Assembly: GCA_050575255.1 (NCBI GenBank)
Contig: JBNZDD010013730.1
Span: 5,296,345-5,360,344 of the forward strand
Source of the DNA: Harriotta raleighana
Taxonomy: Eukaryota
Length of the DNA: 64,000 nucleotides
Direction of reading: 5' to 3'
Part shown: positions 26,821 through 39,008 of the stretch, one piece after another
How the letters are laid out: each line of letters starts with the position of its first letter
Position numbering within the stretch: position 1 is the first letter of the stretch
Translations under genes and position numbers: made by a program
Notes under the pieces: generated by a model
What the model was told of the DNA's origin: nothing
Database searches by the model: none
The model's input: only the letters and a program-made list of their open reading frames with translations

Positions 26821-27069
26821 GGCATAGGAATCAATCCTTTGTAAAGTGTTCTGAGGGAGCTCTATCAATACAAGTTGTTTTTTGCTGTAGATCTTGAAGA
26901 CTCCATATTGTTTCAGAAAAACATTCAGACTGCAATTAACCACGGTAAGGAGAGAAAGATTGGCAATCTCTGAACCCAAAGAATGTGTAGAAACAGGAAG
27001 AGCACTTTATAATGTGTGCATCTCACTACTCTCCACAGGTAATTACTGTCAAATGTACAGATTGCTTTT

Positions 27070-27356
27070 GTCTATGTTTATAGGCAGCTATTTGTCCCAC
27101 AAACAGCCTTGAGGTGAATGACCAATTATTTTGAAGGATTATTGGTCAGGAAACCGGGGAGAAATTCCTTCCAACTGAATCGATAGACTGGACCTAGGTT
27201 CAGTATTTCATCCAAAACACAGCATTTCCTACAAAATAGCATTCAGTCAGTGATTTAGTGTTGGCCAAAACCACGAGCTCAAGCCCAAACATGGAGTTTG
27301 AACACTCAACCTTCTGACCCCGAGGTGAGGGTGCTACCGACTAAATCAAGCGAACA
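27070..27356 (-). mobile_element. Old SacSINE1-like Deu-SINE
   Basis: tcccacaaacagc...gaatgaccaatt...ttggtcaggaaaccggggagaa...ggagtttgaacactcaaccttctgaccccgaggtgagggtgctaccgactaa is the reverse complement of head plus Deu core. Confidence 0.7.
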
Positions 27357-28583
27357 CAGAACTGTTAGTTCCAAACAAATAATACTGTCAGCAGAAGGGC
27401 ATATTTTGGTAAGCAAACCTGTCTGTTGTATAGGTTAATGATAAAACTTTTACTTAACAGATCTGGAAGACCCTAAATGCCGCATTTTATGCAGCGTGCA
27501 ACTTAATGCAACCTGAAGATTTATTACCATTACATACTAGTACTTAATTTTAGTTGTTGAGTTTGCTGCTAATCACATTATGACTTGCCTCATCTCCTCA
27601 TACACACTAAAGCGCATGCCAATAATTTCTTGGGTAATTAGGTCAATGAAAAGCAGCCATAGGGCACTCTTATGGGACACATTTTCTGATGCGGGTTGGT
27701 ATCTTTAAAAAAACATTACCTTTGTCTCCAAATTGCAGCAACACTGCTAATTCATTTAATATGAAGCAAAGGTTTTTCTTTTTCAAATTAAAGTTCAGCA
27801 GCATTAACCTTTGTTAAAAGAGCTATAAGATGCTTTTAATAAACGCAGTGTGGCATCGTCTTTGTACAGTTAGTAAATCCTCATTTGTTTGGCTAGAAAA
27901 AAATGGCCTCTGCAGCTTTAAACCATGTCAGAGAAACAGCAGATGTCAACCTTGATTTTGCAGTTTAAGAATAGCATACTGTTTCTTAATAAATTAGTCC
28001 TGTTCCATCAACCTAGAGAAGGTTACAGTGCTGCTCTTCGATGGGTGGGGGGTTGGGGGAAACAATCCTTTGTTACTGCAGCTCTCTCCCACAAGTTGGC
28101 TTCAGCTTGTAATAAAATGCAAAAATCTGGTTTTGGTAATACACTCAGTGTTTATTGCTTTCTTTATTTCCTGCCAAAGTAAACACAATTCAAAGCAGTA
28201 ATCCAGAAATATTGTTTATGGGCAATATTATAAGAACATCACAATGTACGGATATTGTGAAGAATCTGTCCAATAATTACAGAGTTTTGGTGATTAATTT
28301 ACAGATATTTCACAATTAGGGAATTATTGCATAATGAAATCCATTAAAGCCAGGGAAATGCCTAAAATTTAGTAACAACCTAAAATCCTATTCATTTGTC
28401 ATTCTGAATTATTTTCAACACATTAATGCTGACACCTGATGGGTGTGGGTTTATTTCTGAGATTCCATCAATTGTGATCCTCAGAATCTTAGTTCAGTGG
28501 AACAACAAAAGTATTTCCCACATTTGTTAGTTTTACTGAAACAAAAATCTACGGTATTGCTTTACACTTTGTGTAGTCTTTAG

Positions 28584-29075
28584 CAACAACAATAAAATCA
28601 TATGTGTATAGTGCCTTTCACGTCGGGAGGGCGTCCCAAGGTGCTGAACAGTCACTGTTTCGGACTCAAGCTGCGGTCGAGATCGGGGATGGTGGAGGAA
28701 AGTGGAGTAAGTGGGGTGACTGATGGCACAGTTGAAGAGAGTCTTGAAGTGGGATGTGTAAGGAGGGTAGGGAGGGGGCGAGGTGGAGGGACTGCGGGAT
28801 AGAATTCCAAAAGTTGGGGGCAGAGCGCCTGAAGGCTCGCCCACCGAGTGTGAGTTATGTGAGTCAGGAGACATGGACCAGGCTGGAGGCCGCTGAGTGG
28901 AGGGAGTGGACAGATTGGTAGAGGATTTGCAAGTCACAGAGGTAAGGTGGGGCAAGGCCATGGAGGGCTTTGAAGGTAAGGACCAGGATCTTGAATGATG
29001 GGAAACCAGTGGAGTTGGGCGAGAATGGAGAATGGAGATGTTGGACTGACAGAACTTAATGCAGGACTAGTGCTT
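28584..29075 (-). mobile_element. L2 LINE 3' end with ORF2 C-terminal remnant
   Basis: Minus strand reads ILAQLHWFPI/FKILVLTFKALHGLAPPYL...LGGRAFRRSAPNFWNSIPQSL, the classic L2 ORF2 C-terminus with stops. It is followed by the tail gttcagcaccttgggacgccctcccgacgtgaaaggcactata and (ttg)n. Confidence 0.9.
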
Positions 29076-29083
29076 AGATCACA

Positions 29084-29196
29084 ATTCACTCATAAAATAT
29101 ACTGTCAATTCACTTTACAAAATATTCTGTGAAATACTTTGCGACATCTCAAATAAATAGTAATAGCTACATCAATGCAAGGATTATTATTATTAT
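29084..29196 (+). mobile_element. Deu-SINE (short family) 3' fragment
   Basis: aaaatatactgtcaattcactttac...tattctgtgaa...aatgcaaggattattattat. Confidence 0.75.
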
Positions 29197-29364
29197 ATAC
29201 CTACTGCTGAATATAAATTTGCTGTAAACCCTAGAGAGACATTAACTTTTCACAATGGTGGAATTTGAAACAAATGTTCTGATTTCTAAGCAAAGTATGA
29301 CTAATTCTCTCCTCTGGATTGTAGGTTCATATTGGGACTGTATCTCTCCATCTGGGCAACTATT

Positions 29365-29485
29365 CTGTTGGTGCAGTGGAGGAGTGTGCTGCATGTTTGA
29401 TAGTGCTGCATCTTTAGGTGGACATTAAAGATTCAAGGATAATATTTGAAAGAAAATTGAGTTTCTTCCACTTTTCTGACCAACA
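29365..29485 (+). mobile_element. Old Deu-SINE fragment
   Basis: gtgcagtggaggagtgtgctgca...aggtggacattaaagatt...tatttgaaaga. Confidence 0.5.
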
Positions 29486-30298
29486 AATACAATGTAAAAT
29501 GTCTGCAATGTTGTAATGATTTGAAAATTGCAATTCTAGTTGCTGTTAAAGTTTCCCATCTATATTTCCAGAGAATAAATGGAAGAGCCTGATGGGATTT
29601 AAACACATTTAGTGCCTCCCACCTCCCCTCCCCCTATGATAGACAATAGATCTTTCAGAAATGCTTTTCACACATTCAGTTGGTACCTTTCCCTGCTGGT
29701 TAAAGTAGCCTATAACATACCCAACAGTGCAATCTCTCTCTCTTGCTCTAGCTGTCATTGTACGAGTGAGAGCAGGAAAAACAATCCTGTTTTACAGAAC
29801 CACATGAGCCAAGGGTGTTATAAAGGTCTATTTGTTAGTGTCTTCTAGCAAACATAATAACAGCTATTCAATTCCATTGATGTGGAACAGACTGAGACAA
29901 GGTAAGTAGAAACATCAGTTAACAAGTCCCACATCACTTCAGGCCAATCTTATGTGCGAGCTGAAGTCAGGATTTGGTTGCATTGTATAGTAATCTTCAC
30001 TTTTAGGTTTGTTCATTGGATTCAAATACTGGTCGTCTCTCTGGTAAAGGCTGGTTAGTTATTTACTTTGGTTATAAAACTTTCTTGCTTCACCACTGTC
30101 AAGCGCTCTGGGTTGCTTGAGAAGCGCTCTGATACGCCGTCCGGCGTGGAGGGTACTATAAAAACAGAAGTTGTTGTTGTTTTCAAATGCAAGCTGTTGT
30201 TGTTTCTAATGAGTATCAGTTTGGCTAATTCGCTAACACTCTTACCTCTTACCCAAAAGTGTAAATTTAGGACCATATCTATTACTGAACTCATCATT

Positions 30299-30465
30299 TA
30301 GGCTGACACATCAGTTCAGTACTGGGGGAGTGTGGAATTGTTGAAAATGTTGTCCTTCCAATGAAATATTAAACTGGGGTCCATCTGTCTGTCTTCAAGT
30401 GAGAGTCAAAGTTCCCATGATACTATTTGTAAAGAGATGGGAATTTCTCTCAATCCTTGCCAAAT
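30299..30465 (+). mobile_element. Old SacSINE1-like Deu-SINE central fragment
   Basis: taggctgacacatcagttcagtactgggggagtg...attaaactggggtccatctgtctg...aagttcccatgatactatttg. Confidence 0.65.
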
Positions 30466-30934
30466 TCCAACCAATTAATTGGATATATTTATTAAGTAAC
30501 ATGATGCTTTAAAAATGCAAGCTCTTCTCTTTATCAGATGATTTAGGAATGCAATTCCAATTGCATTTAAGAACAGACTGTGACAATTGACTACCAAATA
30601 TTGTACTTGTTCTAACCCATTCTTACCATTTTCAAGGCTTCATGCCCTAGTTATTCCGAGCTCTGCCAATTATCCCAGAGGACGTAACATTTTGTTAATC
30701 TCCTATCCAATTTACATGTCTCCAAATTCAGAATTTGGACTTATTTGCCTCTGTACAAACAGCACTAATCTCCTGCTCTTTTTCTTGCTGTGAGAACAAG
30801 ATATTTATGGAATAATCAGGGGAAACAGAAAAAGTCAGATTTTCCTGGAATTTATATTCCATAGATATCAATGGGAATGGGGATAAAGGGGAGGTATCAG
30901 GGGACATAGCATGACGGGAGACAGTCTCAATGTA

Positions 30935-31352
30935 CAGTAAAAGCTAGTTTACCCGGCACCCTAGAGATCTGACAAGTGCCGGTTAATTGAATATGCCGGA
31001 TATTTGGTTGGCAAGTTCCCGAAAATCCTACACAAAAAATTAACTTATTTTAAAACAAACCATATTAATAATAGACTAAATAATAACAGAATATTGTATG
31101 GACACTTACCAATAAAGCATTCCAGCACACTCAGTGAAATGATTGGTAAAATAAAAATTCCAGCATTCGTTAAGTTTAATAAGTGCACATTGCACACACG
31201 TTGCACGCATGCGTAAAGTGAGCAGACTCGTGAGTGTCCCGGATGGCTCCGGTATGAGATGCGTTTGCTGGAATGGTGAATTATATCGGGAGATACCGGT
31301 TGGGGGTTGAGCGTTCCGGTTGGTTGGGTGCCGGATAAAGAAGCTTTTACTG
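30935..31352. mobile_element. Tigger/pogo-type MITE (Tc1/mariner superfamily, non-autonomous), ~420 bp
   Basis: TIRs cagtaaaagctagtttacccggcaccc and gggtgccggataaagaagcttttactg, flanked by TA at 30933-34 and 31353-54. CpG-rich interior with repeated ccgg motifs; no transposase ORF. Confidence 0.85.
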
Positions 31353-33927
31353 TATTTCATATAGATCATTGTCTGTAAAATATCCTCAGCAGGGACTCAG
31401 AAGAGGGAGTCAAAGGCAAATTGTGCAATGAGGGGATTGGAGGCAGAAGCATACTAAGAGGAAGGGTAAGAGACGGACAAATGGGAGGGGAAAACAAAAC
31501 TTGATACTGTTAACTTTATGACAATCAATGAATAAACAAACATTTATTAAACATTTATCCAAGGATTGAAGTTAGCCTCCTGCTCGCGAAGCACATACTG
31601 CAGCTCTCAGGTGAAGCTTTAACAGGTTTGAACCTTGGGATTCAATTGATTATAAATAAAATAAGACACTACAGGATTGCAAACTAGATTGTGCCCAAGG
31701 AAACATGTTGAAAAAGGTTAATGTTGATCTATACCAAAGCTATATAAAACCTACTAGTCAGCCTTAGGTGTTCAGACTCAGAGAGAATAGCAAGGGGTGT
31801 TGCTGGACAGACCACAGACTAAAAGCAATGCAGATCTAAATTGGCAGCTATCCAAAAAGATACAATACCATTTTTCTGTTATTTTAAAGACGCAGAGTGA
31901 ATATCTGGTTCTTCACTTGTGTCTCTCTGAATCAAATCTGAGGTTACAATAACTTTAATATAATAGATTATTTTACAATAATTAAGGAGATTTTAATATC
32001 GCTATCCTGATTGAAAACATTGGCTATATTTGCAATGTCTCTAAATGAAAAATATGATAGCCACAAGATAAAATCAAATTAATTGTTTTGGCATGGTAAT
32101 CATTCCATCTATGTCATTTTTCTTTCTTTATTGCTTGAGTTATTTGAGTTATATTATCCTTAATTGCAGTCTAGTTCAGCAAATGGATATTTTCTACTTA
32201 CATTAATAAACGTTAAGCTTCTACTTAGACCCTTTGTTTCCCCAAAGGTATCACTAAGTCCCAGACAGCCTCTCTTTAGCTTTGAGGGCCAAACAATCTA
32301 GGTCACAGACTTCTTAACAGCACCATTGCTGCTAACGACCAAAAGGAGATATAAACTTGCTGTAGATTGAATTGCATTAGTTTATGCCATTAGATAGAGC
32401 TTTATATGGTACTCAGTGATGAGATGTTAAAACTCACCACTCGTCTCTTCTTGTCAGAAGCCTTAAATGCTAGGAACCTCTTGTTCTTGGTGCCCACACC
32501 ATAGCTCTATGTCCTAAGCTACAAAGCACCTGATAAGCTTCTCTTTTTATTTCGGAAAAAGGCAAACAGCGAGCAGCATGAGGCCAAGATGACTGATGAG
32601 ACTCATATGGGATGTGTTCAGTGCTGCTGCTATTGTATCATTTATCATTGTAATTCTTCACTTAACTCATTTTATTTAACTTATTTTATCGAGTGTTGTC
32701 GCACACAGTATTAGTTAGCTATATACAACTGAAGCTGAAAGAACATCAAATTAATGATGGGAACAAATTGTACAGAACTCATCTGTCACAAATTTGATTA
32801 CAGCCACTGCTAATGCACAAAGCCATTTACTAAAGATAAACTGAATTTTGTCAACGGGGAGTTTCAAATCCACACCATAAATATACCTTTAAGCAGTTAA
32901 GTCCATTTTGGAGACAGAAGCAAATGGAAATGACAAGGGGGACAATATTTAATGCTAAACCTATTTTAAGTACAGCTGCTTACTACAATATGAATCTCAT
33001 TGGTGTAGGGTTAGAGATCTTATTGACTCCATCACTGTAAGTTGGAATCATAATAAAATTCAAATCTAAAATGCTGCAGTTCTGCTTGTGTATTAATAGC
33101 ACAATTCTGAGTTCTGGCCCAATACTAGAAAAGAACCCTACAGTTGATGATTCGACAAGTTAACCTGACCTTATATGATGAAGGATGAAGTTATCACACT
33201 CACTTGCGCTTATTGCCTTCGAGGATGCATTCTCAGTGGATATCGATTTGAAATTGGTTTACTTGTAAATTTCTGACCATATTCCCACTGGAGTCAAGCA
33301 GAAGTGTGAAGTGACCTGAAGTGGGCAAATTGAAGTCATAGGGATAGTTGGCTCCATGGCTTCAATTTTATTACATTGGGTCACTGCTTCCCTTCTTATT
33401 GACTTACATTTGTTGACACTGGAAACCAAAGGACTGGCGAACTGGCACTAAGCCAGAAAAATAAAATCTCACGAGCCAAGCTAATCTTTACTTGGAGTCA
33501 AAGGCACTCGACGCATTTGTGCCAATATACATTTCATTCATCCTCCTTTACTTGGAAGTCAAACTAGCACTGATGGCAGCGCTGTGATTGATGGTGTTCT
33601 TAGTTTCACCACAATGAAAGGTCAGAAAATCCATAAGAAAATATTTTAAAGTCAAACAGTAAATGTGATTGGCTCCAAAGTGATTGCACAGTTAATGTTG
33701 GAATGAAAAGTTGGTCAAACTTTGGCTCTATTGATAGTTCAGTTTATCCTTGAAGTTCAGACTTGGAACATTAAAACTAGTGCTCTCGATCTGGCTCACC
33801 TCAATAAAAATACTAGCAATTTGCTGCTCCTTCCTTTCCAGGCCGCCAAACAAGTTGATACAGAGATCTAAGTTCCCTTTAAATGAAAATCAGGTCAGAT
33901 ATTCCACCTGGTTGTACATTTAAACTA

Positions 33928-34101
33928 CAGTAAACACCTGTTAATTCAAGCCTGGCTTAACTTGTCACTACCACTTAAGTCATCTGTCAATATACTGGCC
34001 TCATTTATATATGTATTTATTTATATGCCTAACTCGGCACTCCAGATAACTTGTCACTAAGCCCTTTTCACTTGGAGTGATGAGCTATCAGGAGATCACC
34101 G
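33928..34101. mobile_element. Old, degenerate Tigger-like MITE (~175 bp)
   Basis: TA-flanked. Left end cagtaaacacctgttaattca versus right-end reverse complement cggtgatctcctgatagctca (14/21 identical). Internal repeat taacttgtcacta occurs twice. Confidence 0.45.
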
Positions 34102-34766
34102 TATTCTCTTAACGCTTTTGAACGTGCAAATTTTGGCACATTCTTAAATTCGGTCTTTATTAGGGAGCCAGTTTTCTGCAAATACTTTGAAGAAAAACAG
34201 CTGCCAAACTAAGGTTAAATTTTACAAATGCATCAGATTTGCAAGCTCTGGAATGTTAAGAAAATAGTTCTCCCTCTCTCCTTGGCTTTACCTCTTTGGT
34301 GGTCCCATTTGTAAGTTAAATGTGGGCAGGGAGGGTCAGTAATAATAAACAGCACAAATGGATAAGGGCTTTGCATATTCTTGAATGTTCAATTCTGGTG
34401 CATTATACAGTATCCGAAAAGTTCTGAAAAGCCTTAATGATATGTTATTCTGTTTAAATCTTATCACAAATATCAATACAACTCGAGTCAAAAAAAATGC
34501 AATCCTGTTATTGAACTTTATCAAAACAACAAATGTTAGCTGATGGTTTCCGTGAAAACGTGTAAAATTCAGTGTACAAATCTGCCATATGATTCACAGA
34601 GGCTATCGAAGATTTAGAATACCAGTACACTGTGTGAACTAACTCACCTTCCCTAACCACAGCAATCAAATATATAACAAAAAGCAGTTTGAAGAATTAT
34701 GTCATACTGTTTCCTCAGAGAGCTACATACATTTGAGCTTATTTGCAAAAAGTTGCCTGTCAGGTG

Positions 34767-34867
34767 TACACTGTAAAGTGAATTGACTGTGTATTTTGTG
34801 TGTGACACGCAGCAGCCAATTGCGCACAGCAGTGTCCCACAAACAGTCGTGGATTGGGTGACCAAAT
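34767..34867 (-). mobile_element. Deu-SINE (short family) central fragment
   Basis: ctgtaaagtgaattgactgtgtattttgtg...gcagccaattgcgcacagcagtgtcccacaaacagtcgtggattg. Confidence 0.85.
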
Positions 34868-34920
34868 CATTGTTGTTAGTTTGACAATCTGATGTCAAAA
34901 GCAAAGATTATTTTTATATT

Positions 34921-35197
34921 CAAAAACAAAAATCGCTGGGAACACTCAGCGGGTCAGGCAGCATCTATGGAGAAAAGAAGAGTGAGTCAACGTTTCGGGT
35001 CCATGACCCTTCGTTCTGACGAAGAATGAAGATGGTTTTGTTTTTAAGATTCTTCATTCTGTTTGCTTTTCTGTTCATCTGAATGAAGGCTCGTGGACCT
35101 GAAAGGTTGACTCACGATGCTGCCTGACCTGCTGAGTGTTTCTTGGGATCTCTGTTTTTGTTTCAGCTTTTCAGCATCTGCAGTATTTTGCGTTTTG
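34921..35197. mobile_element. Palindromic (hairpin) element, probably derived from Penelope-like terminal repeats
   Basis: 34921-35016 is an inverted repeat of 35081-35160, with one ~16 bp deletion in the right arm. The arms carry gaagggtcatggacccgaaacgtt-type motifs. Homologous half copy at 58466-58600 and a fragment at 13125-13150. Confidence 0.7.
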
Positions 35198-35939
35198 GTT
35201 TATTTTTACATTCAACGGGCTGAAAATACAGACCATACAACAAGCACAGACTTGTTTTTACATCCAACCCAGAATTAGAGAGAGAATATTTCAAATACTG
35301 TATATTATATGGTTATCTGTTTGCACCAGCAGGTGTTATAAGCACTTATGAATAGGGAAACACAATCTAAAGTGGTTAAGAAATTACTATTGTTTATACT
35401 GTAAATGGTTTTCTGTCACTGACTTCAAATTGTACCTGCTGGTTACAAACCATCCACAGGCACCTTCAGTAATTCTTTACTCCAATACAAATCATAGAGC
35501 AGATTTCATTGCCATGACCTAAGCGAGCAAATGAAGACTGCAGCCCTATTAATAATGTGCATATGTTATAGCATTAGATGAACTCCCTGCTGGGCATTTT
35601 GAAGAGGTCATCAATCTACCCCAGTTCTCTCATCTAAATGGGGACCCCCAAGCAGAGCTGATGTAAGAGAGAGAGAAAACAGATGCTTACCAACCCCCCA
35701 AAAAAATTAAAGGGCAGTAACATTGCAAAATAAAGCTATGTATTTTAGCATTTTAAGCAATGAAAACACATCCAGCAAATTGTTGAATGAGGTCCACTGA
35801 ACACACAGAGAATCTACTTAGGCTGTAGCAATGCCACAATAATGGCATGAGGGGGGTAAAATGGGATTAGATGACAGCTGGCATCATGCCATGCCGAAGA
35901 TACAGCTTCAGTTTTTGCAGAAATTAGAACCTGCAGAAT

Positions 35940-36520
35940 AACAACCATAGCAAAGAACATTGCATTTATATACAGCGCTTCACTTCCGGAGGAGACTCCA
36001 AGGTGCTGAAGAGTCAAGGAATTTTATCAGAGATGGAGGTTGGACTGAGAGGGTTGTTGGGCAAGTGGGATGAGGGTGGAAAGATAATGAAATGGATGGT
36101 CAAAGATCCTGAGTTAGACCTTAAAAGATGCAAGGGAAGAGTCGTGGTGAAGGGATTCTAGGATGGAGGGTGAGAGACTGACAGTCTGATCTCCAATGTT
36201 AGAGTGGACAGGAGACATTTGAAGCAGACCTGTGCCTGCCGAGCAGAGGGAGTGGACAGATTGGAATAATTTCAGTAGGTTGCAGAGTTAGCGAGGGACA
36301 AGATGCTGAGGATCTTAAACTCAATCCTCTGAGGGACAGGGATCCAGTGAAGCTGGGTGTGGGTGTGATAAACTGGTTAGAATAGAGGCTGGAGGGAGTA
36401 GGAGAAGGTATGAGTTGCGGTGTTCCTGAATAATCTATCTTTTTTGAAGGGAAAGGTAGGGAGTCTAGATAGCATGGAGTTAGCATAGTGAAGCCTGGAT
36501 GTGATAAAAGTGAAGATGAA
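35940..36520 (-). mobile_element. Decayed L2 LINE 3' region
   Basis: Tail ttgcatttatatacagcgcttcac...ccaaggtgctgaa. Internal agagggagtggacagattgg is shared with 28900-28920. Purine-rich plus strand as in the other L2 copies. Confidence 0.65.
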
Positions 36521-36677
36521 GTAAGAAACGGAAATTGCTTCACTGAGTGCAAGTAATAACCCAGAAATATTTTATCCTAACATAACATGATAAACCATGC
36601 AAATTATTTATGTCATGCCCATTGCCTTACATATCCATTGGTCACCTCTAGGTTTGACACATGTGTTTGTTACCTCT

Positions 36678-36873
36678 GGGCTCCCTCCCTTGTCTTCTTC
36701 AAGGCCAGGCTCAAGACCCTCCTCTTCGACCATGTCTTCAGTCACCATCCTACCTCTCTGCCCCCCATCATTACCACCCCTCGGGTCTCGACCCGTGACT
36801 GTTCAGCGCCTTGGGACATCCTCCCGACTGAAAGGCACTCTACAAATATAATTTTGTTGTTGCTATTGTTGTT
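36678..36873 (+). mobile_element. L2 LINE 3' end
   Basis: Frame APSLVFFKARLKTLLFDHVF (L2 ORF2 terminus SLxxFKxxLKTxLF), then ctgttcagcgccttgggacatcctcccgactgaaaggcactctacaaat and a (ttg)n tail. Confidence 0.88.
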
Positions 36874-37068
36874 GTCATTGAACTTCGTATGGAATATTGT
36901 CCATATTCAACTCCTCCTCCAAGTGTCCTCTATTTATCACTAGTGTATCTGCTCAAGGTTCAGGTTCCTTAACCACGGGCGTTTAAGTTATCTAAAATAA
37001 GCCTTTTGGTAAAGTCCTGACTGTCTTCCTGGAGTGATGCACCCCAATCCCAAAGAATTTACATGCAA

Positions 37069-37098
37069 AGAGAGAGAGAAAGAGAGACAGATAGAGAT
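37069..37098. repeat. (GA)n microsatellite
   Basis: agagagagagaaagagagacagatagagat. Confidence 0.65.
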
Positions 37099-37854
37099 AC
37101 AAGATATATAAAGCTTTTGAGCAGTATCCTTGTTTGAAAACTTTCTTTGTGCCGCTTGTGTGGGTATCTACATTCTGTTTGACATTGCTTGTCCAGCAAT
37201 TGTTTTTTGACCAGAAAATGCACTGAGTAGTAATTCGGCAGTAAATTTGGTAATAATCAAGTTAGAACATAGCTAAATTGGAGCAGGAATACTGACAGTC
37301 TCGAGTGTAGAAACTCAATTTACGATAACAGAGATGTCACGGACATTGGAATTAAAGGCATTGACGGGACCTGTACAGTCTCTTTGTCCACTGAAAGCAA
37401 TTGCAGCTAACCTAAACTACAACAAGAGCTGACACAATAGCAGAGTCACTTAAACTTCGATACTCGAAGCTGTCACTTCCCTCACTACCAAGTTTATTCC
37501 ATCCCCTCATCTTGTCACATACTTCACCTGCCAAAAGCGTGCCCTCCTTTGGGGCTGCAAGTGCTGATAAATCAGATTTGTGATGCTGTTTAAGTGGTCT
37601 GTCCTTTCTCCACCTTCTAAATATGGTCAGTACTGACACTGGGCTATATTGCTGTCATCCCAGTCAATGGGAAGTCAGCCATGTTTTAGGGAATGGGAAG
37701 CCAAAATGGCTACTTAGTGGGCATTAGATGACCACCATCACTTCACCTAGCGGTACAAAGGAAGTCAGCTTGATGGTGACCCGGTAACTCGGAAGTCAGT
37801 CACTTTGGCTTCCAGTGCAATGGCCGATGCAGTCGGACAGGTACATGCAGTGAA

Positions 37855-38056
37855 TGGAGATTTGGTGACTGGCAATATTATCTTTCTCACTGCAGCACTT
37901 GTTACAGTGTTATGGTGAGCACTATGGTGTGATAACAGGGCTCGGATGTATTCTTCTCTNTGGAGATTTGGTGACTGGCAATATTATCTTTCTCACTGCA
38001 GCACTTGTTATGGTGAGCACTATGGTGTGATAACAGGGCTCGGATGTATTCTTCTC
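37855..38056. other. Duplicated ~100 bp segment either side of a single N (37960); probable assembly artefact or two alleles
   Basis: 37855-37959 is repeated at 37961-38056, differing by an 8 bp indel (gttacagtgttatgg versus gttatgg). Confidence 0.8.
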
Positions 38057-38943
38057 GCCTTTGACTTGTCTATCTCTTTCTCCCTCCCCCAACATTCCAA
38101 CGTTCAAATTGCAAAGAGATTTTAATGATGTCCACAGTTTCAATTAGTGGAGTACCTCAGGACTTCAGAAATTTAATTGGACATGAGTAAGCATAATTAA
38201 ATGCTTAATAATATATTAATAAGTGTTATTATATAATAAAAGGAGCTAAATGCCCTGTGAATTCCTGCAAAGCAGAAACAGGTCCCATTTCCAAGGAGTC
38301 TGCATTAGGGCAGGTCCCATTAGACAAATCATACCCCAAGGAGATTTTCATTCTATCGAATGGTCCCATGCAAATCAGTTTGTATGCATTGCATTCGCAT
38401 AATTTAAAATGGGATTGGTTTGCACATTCTTCACTGAATGATAGATTTCAATTATTACATTTCACAAGGATTATTAATAAAATTTGAAATATATGGACTA
38501 GTACAAAAACACTCCACAAAATTAAGGTCCTCAATTATCAATCATAGTTAATGCCATTGGTGTTTGAGTACCTGAAGCTAGATTTTGCAACAGCAAGTTT
38601 TGAAACCACCTCCCCAAAGAACCAGGATCTGGAACAATTTCAATTCAAGTTGAGCTTCTTGACACATTTATAGCAGTAGATGTTGTTTTTTTACACACAC
38701 CTGGAAACCCATCACCATACTTAAGAGTATCCAAACCAAACTGAGATTTCTATGCATCCAGACTTCACATGGAAATCCACAGATATTTATTGGAATGGAA
38801 TCACACTCTATCCCTGGATAAACACATCCTGCTTACTTAATTACCATTGGGTGAAGGTGGCAAAAGCCACCCCGCTTGGGGACTCCAGAGTATGCAAGGC
38901 TGGAATCTAACCAACTAAAACCACATAACATACTGTTGCCAGG

Positions 38944-39008
38944 ACTGTCTGGCAAGCTTTCCTGCTGTTTGTCCAGCTAGGACCACTCTATCCATTGGGC
39001 TTTGGCTT
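38944..39008 (-). repeat. Unclassified dispersed repeat, copy 2
   Basis: tgtctggcaagctttcctgctgtttgtccagct is the reverse complement of the 26430-26463 motif. Confidence 0.6.

Noticed and set aside
28533-28961. 142 aa Pro/Ser-rich ORF
   Set aside because: It is an alternative frame of a decayed L2 3' end; the true ORF2 frame has stops.
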